Positions 49,510 through 64,000 of a DNA stretch of 64,000 nt are shown piece after piece. Origin of the DNA: Eledone cirrhosa (lineage: Eukaryota); assembly GCA_964016885.1 (NCBI GenBank), contig OZ024742.1, forward strand, positions 234,360,001 through 234,424,000, in the 5' to 3' direction. The first letter of the stretch is position 1, and each line of letters starts with the position of its first letter. The notes below the pieces were generated by a model. It was given only the letters and a program-made list of their open reading frames with translations, had not been told where the DNA came from and did no database searches. A program made the position numbers and the translations under genes.

Positions 49510-52500
49510 GTAAAGTCACAAACTTTATTAAAAATATGTTTTTATATAAATACTTGTAAACATTTTTTCTATGTTTTTCATAACTATTTTTACAAATGAT
49601 GTTATTATGTCCTTTTATTTCTCTGCAGCAAACCTCTTTCAACAAGTGTTGTTCTTGTTGTTTTGTGGTTGTTTAGCTCTTGCTTAGTTCTGATAAAGCA
49701 GACTTTTTTTGAAAGCATTTTAGCTATGGCCATTCCATCCTTTTCCAGACATTATACAGTGTTATTCTTCTTCCTATATTTCTGCAATGATAAGGTGTGG
49801 TTTGAAGGGAATTTAACTGCTATTTCTAGCAGTTTGATTGACCATTTTGAAGATCTCTCATTGACTTTTTTGTACAAGTGTTGTTACAGTTCTAGATTAT
49901 TCATTGACTGGTAGAAATGGTTGACAGCTCTTACAATCAGGTGTGGATATAAGCTTGTATAGTACCTCTGACTGAACATTTCATTGGAGACTTTGTATAT
50001 CTTAATGGTAGGAAAATATTTAGGGCTCTTTAAATATTGTAGGGACCCTGGTTACAGCCCAGTAAGTCCACATCCACTAAAAACACACACTTAACCCTTT
50101 AGCATTTACATTACTCTATATTTACTACTATATTTTCATGGTAAAGGTTGTAACTCATATAATTATCTCACATAATATCGAATCTATGATATTTTGATAT
50201 TATTTATTTTGAGAACAATACCTTAACATAAGTATGAGTGGCCAGTTACTGCCGGTTTGAACAGAAAGAGGTGAGAGAATTCTGGCCGGATACAGCTGGT
50301 TTAAGTGCTCATAATGATTTTTCTATATTTTACCCAAAATAAGTAATTGAAACTAAAATGCTTTTAATCTATGCATCATGTGGCTTATCTGAATGTCTTG
50401 AGGGGAATTAAATGTATTGTCAGGGATATTGTGGTACAAGAGAATTTCATGATCCAGTTTTCAGTGCCAAATGTAGAAAGCCAAAGGTAGAACGCCTTTA
50501 TAAGTGTCCATTTATCTGTACAAACCCACTATAGCCATTATATATTGTATTGGGGCAGTGTCATTTAACTTCTTGCACATCAGTTCTCATAGCTGTTGGG
50601 AATGAGAACCAGATATTCTGAGAATGTTAACTGCATTAATCTTGTATTCTATCTGAAGGAGTTCTGTTAAACACTTAAAAATCTGTAACTAAATGTTAAT
50701 TGCTTTTAATGAACTTCTTGAGTTTTGGAAATATAGTTTCATATACCACCAGATAATTAAACACACACTCTTAAAGCCTTTATGACAGTTTTTACAAACA
50801 AAGATGTATTTGAAATATAGCTTTAGTATGTATGATTTAATACCATGAATGGTTAACATGATAGAGTATTGATAAATCAATTGAGATATTTGAGGTTTTG
50901 TAGCCAGCAACAACACTATGCTGTATACATCGCAAAACAACCAACCATCACCACCCCTAATTAAGCAAGCTGAATGTTGTTTCAAGTGTTGAAAGGCTCA
51001 CTGTAGTAAGCAATGATAGCATCATAAAAAGGATAGAATGGCATTACTTTCTTTTCTGTCATCTGTCATCATCACTTCAGAGGATTTGAATGTTGAGTGA
51101 CTGTTATTTCATAGATTTGTGTGAAGTTGCAGGGATGTTCAGATGTTTGGTGATAGCTTTAGTAACATAAGTGTTGTGAAATAGCCTTAACTGCTACCTG
51201 AAGCAGGTTTTCTTGCTCAATTTACTGTCAGTACCTTTTCCTACTCCAAGATGCTCATCATAGTATTTACTATACAAACTCATCAACAATAGAAGTCTGC
51301 TCAATTTCTGTTTTGTTTTACTAGTATTCAGATTTAAGGAGAGATATTACTTAGTCTTTTCACTGGCAATATATATACAGTTGATGTTAAATTTGATCTA
51401 AAATTCATCATCAGTAAACTCCTGATCAGCTTTAAAATGAAGAATCATAAATTAGAATCTAAAGACAGTATGAAGACAGCTTAAAATGTTAATCAAATGC
51501 TTTGTATGAATTGCTATCTTTGTACTATAGGTTTACTTAACTGGTTCCATTGCAATCATCATTGCTTCAGGAACAGAGAATACTTAGAGAACAATTATGA
51601 ATAAAGATATTTGTAATTGGAGTATTCAGTTTATTGTTACCTCAATTGGGAATATCTTTGTATTGAACAGCTTTTAACAAATGAAAATATATTGAACTCT
51701 TTTGATTCCAAACCACCTGAAATCACTCCAAGTTTTTTTTAATTTTAAATGGTGTTTATATTTATCAATAAAACTTTCCATCACATTTTAAAGAAATATA
51801 TTCGTTATACTTTAAGCAACAGCTTCATCATAAGAACGTTAGTTATATTACTAAATCTCTTCAAGTTTTTATTTTCAAAATCAATTGAAAATCATAGAGA
51901 ATGTATTTCATTAGAAATATAGTAACAAAAGTGTTAAAGAGGAATAAACTGTGTGAATGGTTTAATATTTATATTGCAACCTTTATTAGAAATTTCATTT
52001 GATATTTCAAGATACTCTGAATTCTTAGTATAGCCACTTGACAATTTATAAACCAAAATTTGTAACATGAAAATCTGAGTATCACTTTCAGATAAAAATA
52101 TTTTTAAAATGACAGGTTGGCAGGCCTCTTAGATCATCATCATCATCTTTTAATGTCTATTTTCCACGCTTGCATTGGTTAAACAGGTCACATTATGAGA
52201 CTAGGTCAGGTGACCACGTTTTGCTCATATGGCTCTGTATTTTGACTTGGTTTCTATGGATGCCCTTCCTAACATCAACCACATTATAGTATAGACTTTG
52301 TACTTTTTATCATAGCACCAAAATGACTGTCTAACAGGATGGACTGGGTGTTTTTTGTCATGTCACCAACACGACCACCTTACAAGGTGGACTGAGTGAT
52401 ATTTTGGTTTATCTGTCATGGCCACATCAGAGTGGACTGGGTGCTTTTTTTCCATCACCATATAAATAAATATAAGGTTCTTAATAAGTATGACAGCATT

Positions 52501-52652
52501 TAAACATTCATTTTTTTCCATATTTGTAAACCTGGAAGACTTTTATGGCAGATGGTATGTATTGTGATTTCAAACATTTGGTTATAAGAATATAAGAATA
52601 GTAATCAGTTTGATGTTATAATTAATTTATTTACGAAGCAGCTGTTTCAATA

Positions 52653-52725
<73 letters not shown>

Positions 52726-53017
52726 TCTCTGTGTGTTTATCTGAAAAAAGATAATGTCTGAATTATCAACACCTCCACTGAGAGCTTGTCATCATCCTCT
52801 TCATTGTTATTGTCACCTCTATTGTTTAGATATTAACACTAATGATCATCATTGCAATCATTAATTCTATCAATATCATCATCATCATCATCACATGCTG
52901 AATCATAGTTGTAACAATCTGATGTAATTATCATTATCATCATCATCAACAATTTTTTCTTACTTCTATTATAGATAACATCATACATATGTGTGTGCGT
53001 GTGTGTATACACATGCA

Positions 53018-53190
53018 CACACATACGCGCGTGCACACTCACACATACGCGCGTGCGCACTCACACAAACGCGCGTGCGCACTCACACAAACGCGCGTGC
53101 GCACTCACACATACGCACGTGCGCACTCACACATACGCGCGTGCGCACTCACACATACGCGTGTGCTCACTCACACACGCACACACACAT
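53018..53190. repeat. 22-bp minisatellite CACACATACGCGCGTGCGCACT
   Basis: About 7 units visible. Confidence 0.9.
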
Positions 53191-55239
53191 ATATATAAAT
53201 TTGAAAAAAAAGAGTCCAGTGTGACTAGAAACATACCAATGAATAAAAAGTATGGGTGATGACAGAAAAATGAATGAATACAGACTGTAGTCCCATGTCA
53301 TCAGTTGACTTCTAGAGATGTTTGATGCATCAGACTGCAATTGCCCTCAATATATGGTCTCTGCATGTATGCAAACCAAAAATATAATTATCCTGTTAAT
53401 TATAGAATACAGCAATAAAGAAGCTAACACAAAAATAAACAGGGTAAAAGTATGTTATGACTATTTGTATAATCATATTTATTACTTTCACAATCATATT
53501 CTTCATATCTACGGTTGCTTATATAATCATATTTATTTCTTACACAAGCACACTCACTCATCTATAACTGTTTATATCACCTGAATTCATATTTGAAACT
53601 ACCTGCTGATGCACTAAAAATAAAACAATAAAAATATATAAAGAAAAAGAAAACAAGCAGTTTAAGGCTATAAGACCAAAACTGTAATTCAATATAAATT
53701 GCATCATAATTACCACTTTATATTTGCACTTCCATGTTGGCATGGCTTGGATGGGTCATTAGAAACTAAGCTAGTACTAAATCAGTGTTACTGTCATCCT
53801 AGACAGGCCAGGCGCCACAGCTCACTTACATTCCAGGTTTGACATTTTTTCTACAGCTAGATTTCCTACCTGCTGCTTACTACTTCACAGAGTATATTGG
53901 GCATATTTTATGGCACCAGCACTAGAGCGGTTGTTATGTCCTTGTTGCTGACAAAGTTCTCTGAAATTGTATATAAAAATAAATAAATAAAATAGAACAG
54001 TTTAAACCATGAGATTAAAACTATGATTTAATATGTTGCATAAAGTAAAATTTAGATTAATAATTTTGTACAGCCCAAATGTGTCTTAACAAGTTTGTAA
54101 GTACTTGCCTCTGGTTTATTTAGTCATATATAATCACACTCCTTTTCCCATACGCCATTATATGGCCTTCTGCTGTGATTCAAATTATTTTAAAGAAAGT
54201 AATGTCTATTATATATTATATAAGAAAGGATGTCATTACTTATAAATACAGGTGTGTATTATCATTTAATAAATATGATAAAGAAATATTTAAATTTGAA
54301 ATTGAACCATCACCACAAAACTGGACTGCCAAGAGTTTACCTCCTATTCTATAACATTTACATAGAAGTAAAATATATTGAAAGCAAAAATCAGCTCTGT
54401 TTTATACTGAATCTTGTTTTATAGTAAAAAGTAAATAGAATATTGTGTATCTAATATTCTAATAAATGGTACATTTTGGCAGCTTTGATTCATCTATCTG
54501 CTAACTTCATCTATCAGATATCCAATATCATCTCTGTTACAGAAATGATAATCGATTAGAAGCTTCTTTCTATTTTAGAATTGAATGAGTGTGGCATATT
54601 TCTTTTCTTAATTTCCTCTTTTTCATCACCTGTGCATTGAAGACTTTGGAGCGGAATCTTAGCAGTTACTTAGTGGTGTAGGTGAGGTATAAGTAAGTAT
54701 AGTGTTCCAAAAAGCTAGCTGTTGGCATCGAATCAAGTTTGTTGGCTGAATAAATCTGAATAATTTCACTCCATTTATTCCATCAGGATTAATAAAATAT
54801 TCTCTTAAAGGTAATGTTCAGTGTGGATATTATTGTAATGTAAATTCAATTCCTAGATGAGATGTTTCACTTTTAACTTGTAGAGGGATTAGATCTTTGC
54901 CTGGAGAGGGATTGGCTCTGGGTCAAATTCAGAATATATGATGTGTGTCAAATTTCTTTGACACATTATGTAGAAATGACACCTTCAGTGTTGACCCAAC
55001 AAACCCAATTAGATATTCAACCAGTCCATCTATGCCATGCCATCTTTGAACTCCATATCGATTTGTAGGGGCGGTATCATGATAAACATCATGTTTTTGG
55101 CATTTCTTTTTTAATCTGAGAGAATCCATCCCTCACCAGGTTGAACACAGCTGATTTATATATATATATATATTCATCTAAATCTTGCTAGCAGGAGAAG
55201 CAGACCGTTAAAATGACAATGATGTCCAGTGCTTTCTTG

Positions 55240-56540
55240 AGATATTCTAACCCATAGTATCAGAGCTGTGATCTTCCAATTCGGAGAAGTAGCGGCTCTA
55301 CCTGGAGTGACTCTGATCTTCGAGCTATGCACTCTATCAAGTAACGTTACTCCAAAGACCCTTCACGTTCGTATTCTTTCGGTCATTACCCAAAATTCAT
55401 GATCGTAGGTAAGAGTTGGCACGAAAACAGGAATTGAAGATAGCGAGTTTGTTTTTTAAACCTACCTCTTTTCTTCTGATTACTGAATTCTAAAGCTGGT
55501 ACATTATTGCACCTGCTCCTACGATTCTTGCATTTAATTCAGTCTCCTGCCTTCCATGTGAACATGACCCCGAGATACTCAAACTTTTTCACCTGCTTCA
55601 GTGGAACTCTATTCACATGTTGGGTGTACTGTGCAGGCTTTCTTGAGAAGATGAGTGTCTCAGTTTTCGCAGCACTGATTTTCATTCCAGCACTCAGCAT
55701 CAAACCTATCAAGTACAAGTCTGTTGAGTTAAGTAACACCATGTCATCTGCAAATTCCAGCTGACTGATTTTACACTTGCCAGTTGTGATACCACTTCAA
55801 GCCTGGCTGCTCATGTCAATCCTGTTTATGAAAATAAGGAACAGGAGAGGTGACAGTATGCACCCTTGGCAGAGTCCAACTCCCCGCATTGAATGGTTTT
55901 GATTTAGCACCATTTATCTGAACACGAATATTCAGACATTCGTATAGATACATCAGGGCAACAAGAAGCAGGTCCCGAGGAACATGGTCATATGCTTTTT
56001 CGAGGTCCACAAAACAAGAATATACTTCTTGGCTATACTCCCACGATTTCTCAAATACCTGCTGCAGTGTGAATATTTGGCTGGTTCTGGTGTATCTGGG
56101 GCAAAAACCACCCTGTTCATCAGTTAGCTTGGACTCAACAATCTCTCTGCATCTCTTTGTCAGACACCTAGCATAGACTTAACCAGGGAGGCTTAACTGT
56201 AATTGAAACAATCTCTCTTGTCTCCCATTGTGAAAATTGGGATTATCAGTCCTGATTGACATTGCTCAGGTGCAAGAGAATACCTTTTAAGGCTTTTAAC
56301 ATCTTGGATCGAATTTCATCTTTCTCAGCGGCCTTGCCATGTTTGAGCTCTTTAACTGCTCTTGTAACCTCTGTCACCACTCCCAGATGCCCCCCCCCCC
56401 CATCCCCATGTACATCAGAAGATGCTGTTGTGATTGGGTTTAGGAGATTGGCAAATTATTCTCTCCACCCCATGAGGAGGCACCTCTCTGGAGAGAGGAG
56501 AACCCCAAACGTGTTCCTGATAGTAGGTGAGGACTTATTA
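55240..56540 (-). mobile_element. Degraded RTE-type LINE RT region
   Basis: CFVDLEKAYDHVP, FADDMVLL, GMKISAAKTE..KQVKKFEYLGVMFT and LTYDHEFWVMT. Confidence 0.8.
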
Positions 56541-57337
56541 TGAAACTTGTTTATTAAATTCCTCCAAATGATTGATTATTTTCAAAATTAATAGAAACAC
56601 AGGCAGTGTATTTCATTAGAAATACAGTAATGAAAAGATGAAATAATGTCAATCTCTAGATTGGCACTGAACTCTGTCGTTACTTGACCTACTATTAATG
56701 GCAGGTAAATCTCCTTCATGGATGCTATGGTGATATATATATATATATACACACATACACAAGTACAGGACACTAGCAGTTGGAACATTCCAATCAAGGC
56801 TGACTTACAAATTAACCAATATAACTCAACTTTGTCCATCCTCTCTGGATGAAAATAGAATAAAAATAGAGATTTTGAACCTTTTTATAGATAGGTAATT
56901 ATTGCCAAAGCATTGGAAGTTCCAGAAGGTTGGTTAATGACAAGAATAATTATCAGTGATTAATTACAGTATCTTGAATACCACAATGTTTATCTAACCT
57001 AAATAAACATTGACTAATGCAGTGGAGTTTGTTTTTACTAAATAATCTACTTACAACCAGACACCATCAAATTTCACTCTTTCATGCAAGCTGGAAAAAC
57101 TGTACTGCCTTGAAAACATAACAAGTAAATAGACTTTATTCTAACAGCTGTTTTCTCTGAAATTTTAGTTCCGCCTCATTAACTGACATGATGGAACTTA
57201 TTTTCAGAAGATGTAAATGACAGGGTACACAAGTATTTTCTATAACTACCTTACCAATGTAGATATAAAAGCTCCAAAGCAATTGATATTATTTACCTAT
57301 GCTTTTCATTAAACAAACACTTGCTTATTTGATGCCA

Positions 57338-57707
57338 TCCGCCGAGGTTGACTTTGCCTTTCATCCTTACGGGGTCGATAAAATAAAGTACCAGTAATGC
57401 ACTGAGTAATTGCTGGCCTTGTGCCTAAAGTAGAAACAATTATTACGTCTAGTACCAGTAATACACTGGGTAATTGCTGGCCTTGTGCCAAAAAAGTAGA
57501 AACAATTATTACGTCTAGCATAATAGGGCGGTGAATTGGCAGTATTGGTAGAGGGCCGGACGCCATGCTTTTCAGCATAGTTACGTCCTTTTACGGTCTG
57601 AGTTCAAATCCTGTCGAGGTTAACTTTGCCTTTCATCCTTACGGGGTCGATAAATTAAAGTACACTGGAATAATTGCTGGCCTTGTGCTAAAAGTAGAAA
57701 CAATTAT
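57338..57707 (+). mobile_element. tRNA-derived SINE cluster (truncated copy, duplicated tail, full copy)
   Basis: Core and tail at 57340-57445, repeated tail at 57452-57510 and full copy at 57525-57707. Confidence 0.85.
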
Positions 57708-58679
57708 ATGAATAATAATGTCAGTAGTCTGGCAGGGAAAGGAAATGGTTAAGTGAATAACATCATGGGCTACCTGGTCAGCTGTTGTGAGTTGAGATTC
57801 AGTGCCAGGTGTTTCATTATGCTTTTGGACAACACTTTCTTTAACAACCAATAATAATAATAGTTTCTAATATACTTTGGAAGACAAGAGAAATAGAAAT
57901 TAGCAGAGTCAGGAGAGGAGATATTAAATGAAAGAACAATCAGGCAATCAGAGTGAGATATATTGCATGTAAAATGTGTGGTGAAAGGAAAGAGTGTGGT
58001 GCATGCGGTCTCTGAATATAAGATGCTTGATAAAAACTTTATAAGATGGGAGATGAAGATTCAAATGGATAAGCAAATGGAGCATTCATGCTGTATTGAC
58101 TAATCATTGTTGCTTCCTCTTCCCCATTATTCTACTAGTGTTATCCAAGTGAAAGACAATGGTTAATACAGTTTGATACCCATGTTGTAGGAGGTGAACT
58201 CAAAATGTAAAGGGCTACAATAAATTTAGTCATAGCCATATGTCTTCCTGCGCTGGGTAATATTGGAGCAACAAACTTCCTCCAGTGCACATGATCCACT
58301 CCTGTTCTGATGTTTATGGCCTTCAGATTATCTTGAAATGTCGACTGCCCTTTTTTCTGTTTGCCCCAAAGAGCAGCCTACATCACACTAACACTTTTTC
58401 AAATCCACTTCCTTGGATTGATATTTAATTTTTAGATATTAGAAGGATGGAAGGTAAAGTTGATTGTGGCAGGATTTAAACACATCAGTTGCTTTACTTT
58501 TCCTCTCTTCTTCTTTGCCCACTTATTCCTGAGGGGCTTGTGGGGCCAGTCCTCAAACACTCCTCCCATTGCCTTCTGTCAGAAGTAACCATTTCCAGTT
58601 GATCTGGCTGGATCCTCAAGCTAGACCAGCTGAGCTTGAGGTTATTATCTTATTATTGTTTTTAAAATCTATCCAGATT

Positions 58680-59600
58680 CTTTCCTGAGACATTCTAACC
58701 ACATGCCTGTAATCTCTCAATTTGGAGAAGTAGCAGCTCTACCTGGAGTGACTCTCTGATCTCCAAGCTATGCACTCTATTGTGTAATGTTACTCCGAAG
58801 ACCCTTTGAAGGAACCCATTTCAGCTGTTTGTATTTGCAATCATATTCTTTTGGTCATTATCCAAGATTCATGACCATAGGTAAGGGATGGCATGAATAC
58901 TGAATTGACGATAGCAAGTTTGGCTTTTACATCTACCTCCCTTCTGAATGGTGAAGATGCACCAGCTCCTGCAATTCTTGCATGTAATTCAGCCACCTGC
59001 CTTCCATCACTTGTGAACACAACCCTGAGATACTTGAACTTCTCCACCTGCTTTAGTGAAACTCCATCCACATGTATGGTGCACAGCTCAGGCTTCCTTG
59101 AGAGGACAAGTGTCTCAGTTTTTGCACCACCGATTTTCATTCCAGTCATGCAGCACTTCGCCTCAAACCTATCAAGTGCAAGTCAGAGATCACCTTCTGA
59201 TCAAATAATACTATGTAGTCTACAAATTCCATCACAGAATCAACGAGATCAGAGACAATAACAAAATTAATTATTGATCTCTCTCTGATTACCCTTATAC
59301 CAAGTATATTTATGGATGACTGTGCTGGAAGAAGATGTTCATAATAGGGAGTCCATTGCTAGAACAGTAGTCTAATAAGGCCACTCCATTCGTATTAAGA
59401 TCAAGATAAATGTTCCTTCCAATCATTCCTTTCCATGTTAGATGGTCAATGCCAACATGTACATTGATGCCTTCCATAAGGATATATGAATGAGTCTTAA
59501 CTACATCTAATGCTGTAGTGAATTCATCAAAGAAGGATCTATATTCAAACTCCTTGTTGGTGCATAAACTTGGACCACCTACCTATCTTTTAGCCTTAGC
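58680..59600 (-). mobile_element. Internally deleted RTE-type LINE (endonuclease fragment fused to RT C-terminus)
   Basis: ORF 58841-59149 has GMKIGGAKTE..KQVEKFKYL..LTYGHESWIMT; 59230-59600 resembles the endonuclease piece at 39300-39640. Confidence 0.72.
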
Positions 59601-61798
59601 TTCATTATTTAAAAAAATGTTTTTCTATATATTAAAACTTTCAATCATAATTATATTTTAGAAATGTTTGTTAAGTAATGTTCTGAATATCAGCTTAATA
59701 ATGAAAAACTTAGTTATTTTATAAATTCTTCCAAATATTTGGTTATTTTCAAAATTAATAGAAATACATAGGCCGTGTATTTCATTAGAAATATAGTAAT
59801 GGAAGAGTTAAAACTCAACATACATACTTGAGTGCATGTGTGTTTATACAATTGCAAGTTTTTGTCAGCGCTTGTGCGTTATAGTACATGATGTCCCATT
59901 TATAGGTCAGCTTTTAAACGAGTTTTATGTTAAATGCCCTCCAGGACTTCTGGTACATATAGAATAAATATAACTACAACAAAAATTGATAAGACTATAC
60001 TTCCAGCATTATCATCTACTCATCTATCATCATTATCATTGAAAGTCATTATTATTTTTCCTCCACCATCCACCACCATCACCACTTCTCGGCCATCATT
60101 ATCATCATCATAAAAAAATCATCATTATTTTCCTCCTTATTATCATCATCAACACCACTGCCACCATCACTTTTACTTCTGCCAACATCATAAAAAAAAT
60201 CATCATTTTCCTCATCATCGTCATTCTCATCATCATGATTGTCATCGACAGTGCCAGCACCAAGCAACTACCATCACCATCATCATCATTCTCATCGTCA
60301 CTGCCACCATCACTGCAGCTACCACCACCACCACCATCATCATTCTCATCATCACTGCCACCACCACTGCAGCTACCACCACCACCATCATCAACAGTGA
60401 CATAAATATTTCTACTCACTACTAGAATTGGATGAAAGGCTAGTTGTTGTTGTTGTTGTTGTTATTGTTGGTGGTGGTGGTGTGTAACCCCCTCCCCAAC
60501 CTCACCCTACCACTCTTTTAACCCTGATTGAGCAGACCCATGATTAAAAGGCATTCCAGTTCTCCCTTCTAAGAGCTATGTTTAGAAGTATATTATTTCT
60601 CTTATATAAAATGTTATGTAGTGATGTAAGAGATATACAGATGTTATTTCTAGCAGGTTGTGTTACTGCATATAGGTTCTCTCATTGGTTTGAACAAAGG
60701 GTACTCATAATCACTGCTAGACAAATTACAGTTCCTCTAGTGCAATGTGACATTGGCCTAAAGAGGTATGTTCCAAAAACCAAATTAATAATGGTTTCTG
60801 ATTCTGATTTAGGTACATGGCTGATAATTTTGTGGGGAGGGGAAAGTCAATTAAATCGACGTCAGTGCATTTCTGGTGCTTTATTTTATTGACCCCGCAA
60901 GGATGAAAAGCAAAGCTAACCTTGACAGGATTTAAACTCAGAACGTAAAGCACTGTAACTTTATGCCACAAAGCTTGTTGTTCGATGCTCTACCAATCCA
61001 TTAATAATGAGAAAGTCAGTTATTTAACTAAATCCCTCCAAATTTTAAATTATTTTCAAAATGATTTTATAGTCAGGATCTTTTATTAGAATTATGGTAA
61101 TGAAAGGGTAAACAATAAGAGACAGAGTACTCAATGATTGCTACCCTCATGATACGAGCTTGGATTGTATCAGATAATGCTCACTTGTGTGTAGAACCCC
61201 AAGTGCAAGCCTCTATGTGGTCCCAGCAGACAGAATGGAGAAAGCGCTACTCTGGAGGATGGCAAGGGAGGCGCGATGAAATAGCTATTCCAACTTGCGA
61301 GTTTCACTCTTGCATATGGCTAACTCCACCCCGATAATAGTAAGTATGGAGGTTGTTTAGGGATCAAGAAGTCTCCACTACTCTACAGGTTCAACAGCAA
61401 TCTACCAGAGAGTGGCTGATACTTCATCAGTGAACTTTGGCTTCTCAGCTACGAACCTGGGTCTGTTGTTGAATGCATCAGATTTCTGCTGGAAAAAGTG
61501 TCAGTACGTGTTACATACCACATGATGTTAGAGATCAATTACAAAATAAAAAAATAAATAGCATTATGAGTAAAGGCTGTTAGTAATCTTCCTTAGAGTC
61601 AAGAGGGTATGTGAGAGAAAACACATAGCAGCCAACAAACAGATAAGGAAGGATTAAAATATAAGAAGAAACTTGTTTTAGAAATATACCAGTGGCCAAA
61701 CAAATTCAAGAAGCTGCCAATACATATGTGTGTATGTATGTATAAGTATTATTATCATTGTTTTACAGCTATTTTCAATACTGGAATGGGTTGGATAA

Positions 61799-61901
<103 letters not shown>

Positions 61902-62250
61902 TGAGAGAGGAATAGATACTCATATATATAATGTACATCCTGCCTTAGCAAGGTCATTGCAGACAGCTGCTGGAGATTGACTTGACCTATACAAGGTTTA
62001 AAGTTATAAATCAATTAAAACACTGCCAATACAACTCAACTGATTAGAGGATTAGATTAGTTTTATAAAAAGTATATGTAATAAAAAACATCTAAGAAAA
62101 ATCCTTGAGAGAGGCTAATTAAGAGCTACCAGCTAGTTTTCTCATCACAAACAACCCTTGACATTTGCATGTCTGCCAGTAGTAATAACTAAAATCTACT
62201 AATCAATAGACTTAGTTTAAGTAATGTCCATGTATATGTATGTGTGTGTG

Positions 62251-62294
<44 letters not shown>

Positions 62295-62409
62295 TAATAG
62301 AAAATATAGGAAAATTAGATACAGAAATAACTGTAAATACAGTCGATTGCTATAAATAATAGCTTAGAAAATTAAGTAAAATACTCCTGTGGACAGAAAA
62401 AAGGGCTAT

Positions 62410-62487
62410 CGTTCGCTACGAAGATTCAAACTTCATATCTTTCAGTAACCGGCTGACTTCTCTAACCACTGAGTTAAACGGCCTCTG
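62410..62487 (-). other. tRNA-like sequence (degenerate Pol III A/B boxes), likely SINE head or tRNA pseudogene
   Basis: Minus strand TAACTCAGTGGTTAG (A box) ... GTTTGAATC (B box) with a TCAG..CTGA anticodon-like stem; the acceptor stem is poor. Confidence 0.4.
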
Positions 62488-62690
62488 AGGAATTTTACTT
62501 TCATAACTCCTCAGCAATTTGAAAGTCTGGTGCTTTACATACAATATTGTTTTATATATATATGTGTGTATATATATATACAGTGTACCCCAGCATTCAC
62601 GGTCCTGGCATTCGCAGTCGCGGTTATTCACGGAATCGTAAATATCTTCTGCGATTTTTAAAATGTTTTTTAACGTTAAATTATTAATAA

Positions 62691-64000
62691 CTAGCAGTGG
62701 TACCCGGCGTTGCACGGGATAAGGTATTTTGGAACGCGGGCCGCCAACAGACCTAATCGTGGTAAAACTGCATGCCTGGACAATATGTAAAGAAAATAAA
62801 CCGAATACTCTGATGGCTGGATAATCTTTAAGATTTTCTTCGATAAAGCAGGAAAAATGCAGGTTTTCACCTAATGCGGGCCCTAGGGGATCAATAAAAT
62901 GAATTCTTTTTATGTGCATAATATGCCTTGAAATTTCGGGAAAATCGGCTAGGTGTAACGCCTAAAAAAACCCTAAAAAGCTGAATAAATGAAGTTTTTC
63001 ACCTAATGCAGGCCCTAGGCCATAAAAAAGTTGGATTTTCTTTGCTCATGGTATGAAGAAGAGACTGACTAATACATAGTTATAATTTCAAGGAAATCGG
63101 TCTGACATAATGCCTCAAAATACCCATAAAAAGCTGAAAAAAACCGCAGTTTTTCACCTAATGCGGGACCTAGGGGATCAAAAAGCTGAATTTTTTTATG
63201 TGCATAACACTCCCTGAAACATAACGCGGGCCACCAACAGACCTAATCATGGAAAAACTGCATGCCTGGACAATATGTACAGAAAATAAACCGAATGCTC
63301 TGATGCAATTAGTATTAGGTATGCTTCTCTTTCTATGTGGAGAAAATCGGCTTGGTGCTTTTGTACTTTAATAAAGTGGCATGAGTCAGCAGGACAGATG
63401 TCACCACTTATGTCAGAGGGAAGTCTGCAATGCTTGAGCAAGGCATGACGTGCAATCAGACAGAATGTGGAACCTTCTCGAAAGAGTCCACCGCACCTTA
63501 GTAAGTAACACAACTGGACAAACGTTTACCAAACTGTGGGTATAATTTAACAAATATAAAGAGGAATGGTGCAATAAAATGGGCACCGAGGCGTGTGCGT
63601 GTTCACTGGCAGCCCTAAACGAAAAGGTCGCCATCAGTTATTTCAAGGGCCCTTGAAAGGGCTTTGGAAGATGTTCACTGACACCCCAGTAAGGAGGGGT
63701 AACCATCAACAATTTCAAGTGGTGGCCCTAAAAAGGGCCATGTGAGCGTTCACTTGTAGCCCTTAATAGTGACTTTGACTGCGTTCTCTGACATTTGGAG
63801 GGTGTTACGGTTGCTTCCACTGGTAGCCTTTAGAATGAATCAGAATGCGTTCGCGGTCCGTTTAACAGCCATACATTGACACACTAAGTTTGATGCAGAC
63901 AGCTAGGCATACAGACAGATATTATAAGGGCGCGACATATGTATGTATCTATCTAAAAAGAGAAAGACTAAGAATTATAGAGAGAGATCGCTAAATCACC
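62691..64000 (-). mobile_element. Non-autonomous Helitron-like element (runs off the window end) with internal ~130-155 bp repeats
   Basis: Minus-strand 3' end CCCGTGCAACGCCGGG hairpin plus CTAG. TTTTCACCTAATGCGGG recurs at ~62863, 62995 and 63150; 63890-64000 matches the module at 4410-4505. Confidence 0.68.

Noticed and set aside
62581-62690. TA-CAGTGTACCC... possible pogo/Tigger-like TIR
   Set aside because: Only one end is visible and it is interrupted by the Helitron-like element; no partner TIR in the window.

Overview
This is AT-rich, repeat-saturated animal genomic DNA. The repeat families suggest a mollusc, most likely a coleoid cephalopod such as Octopus (inference, not verified). 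The only host gene I can support is a + strand Cdc14 dual-specificity phosphatase gene. Two small internal coding exons (34033-34123, 49434-49509) splice in frame to [56 protein letters not shown]; both are missed by the ORF track. The rest is probably intron (or upstream DNA), filled with Penelope-like elements, RTE-, Tx1/L1- and R4/Dong-type LINE remnants, tRNA-derived SINEs, non-autonomous Helitron-like elements, mariner and maT transposons, TTAA-flanked MITEs, micro/minisatellites and a 2.7-kb 51-bp tandem array. The most unusual structure is a cluster of near-perfect fold-backs around the first Cdc14 exon seen: a 349-bp palindrome upstream, and a 20-bp-stem hairpin plus a 1.4-kb inverted repeat made by a Naiad-like Penelope element downstream. 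Also notable are minimal hammerhead-like motifs and a two-variant 51-bp array derived from a dispersed repeat. Family assignments come from motifs recognised by eye; no database search was run.
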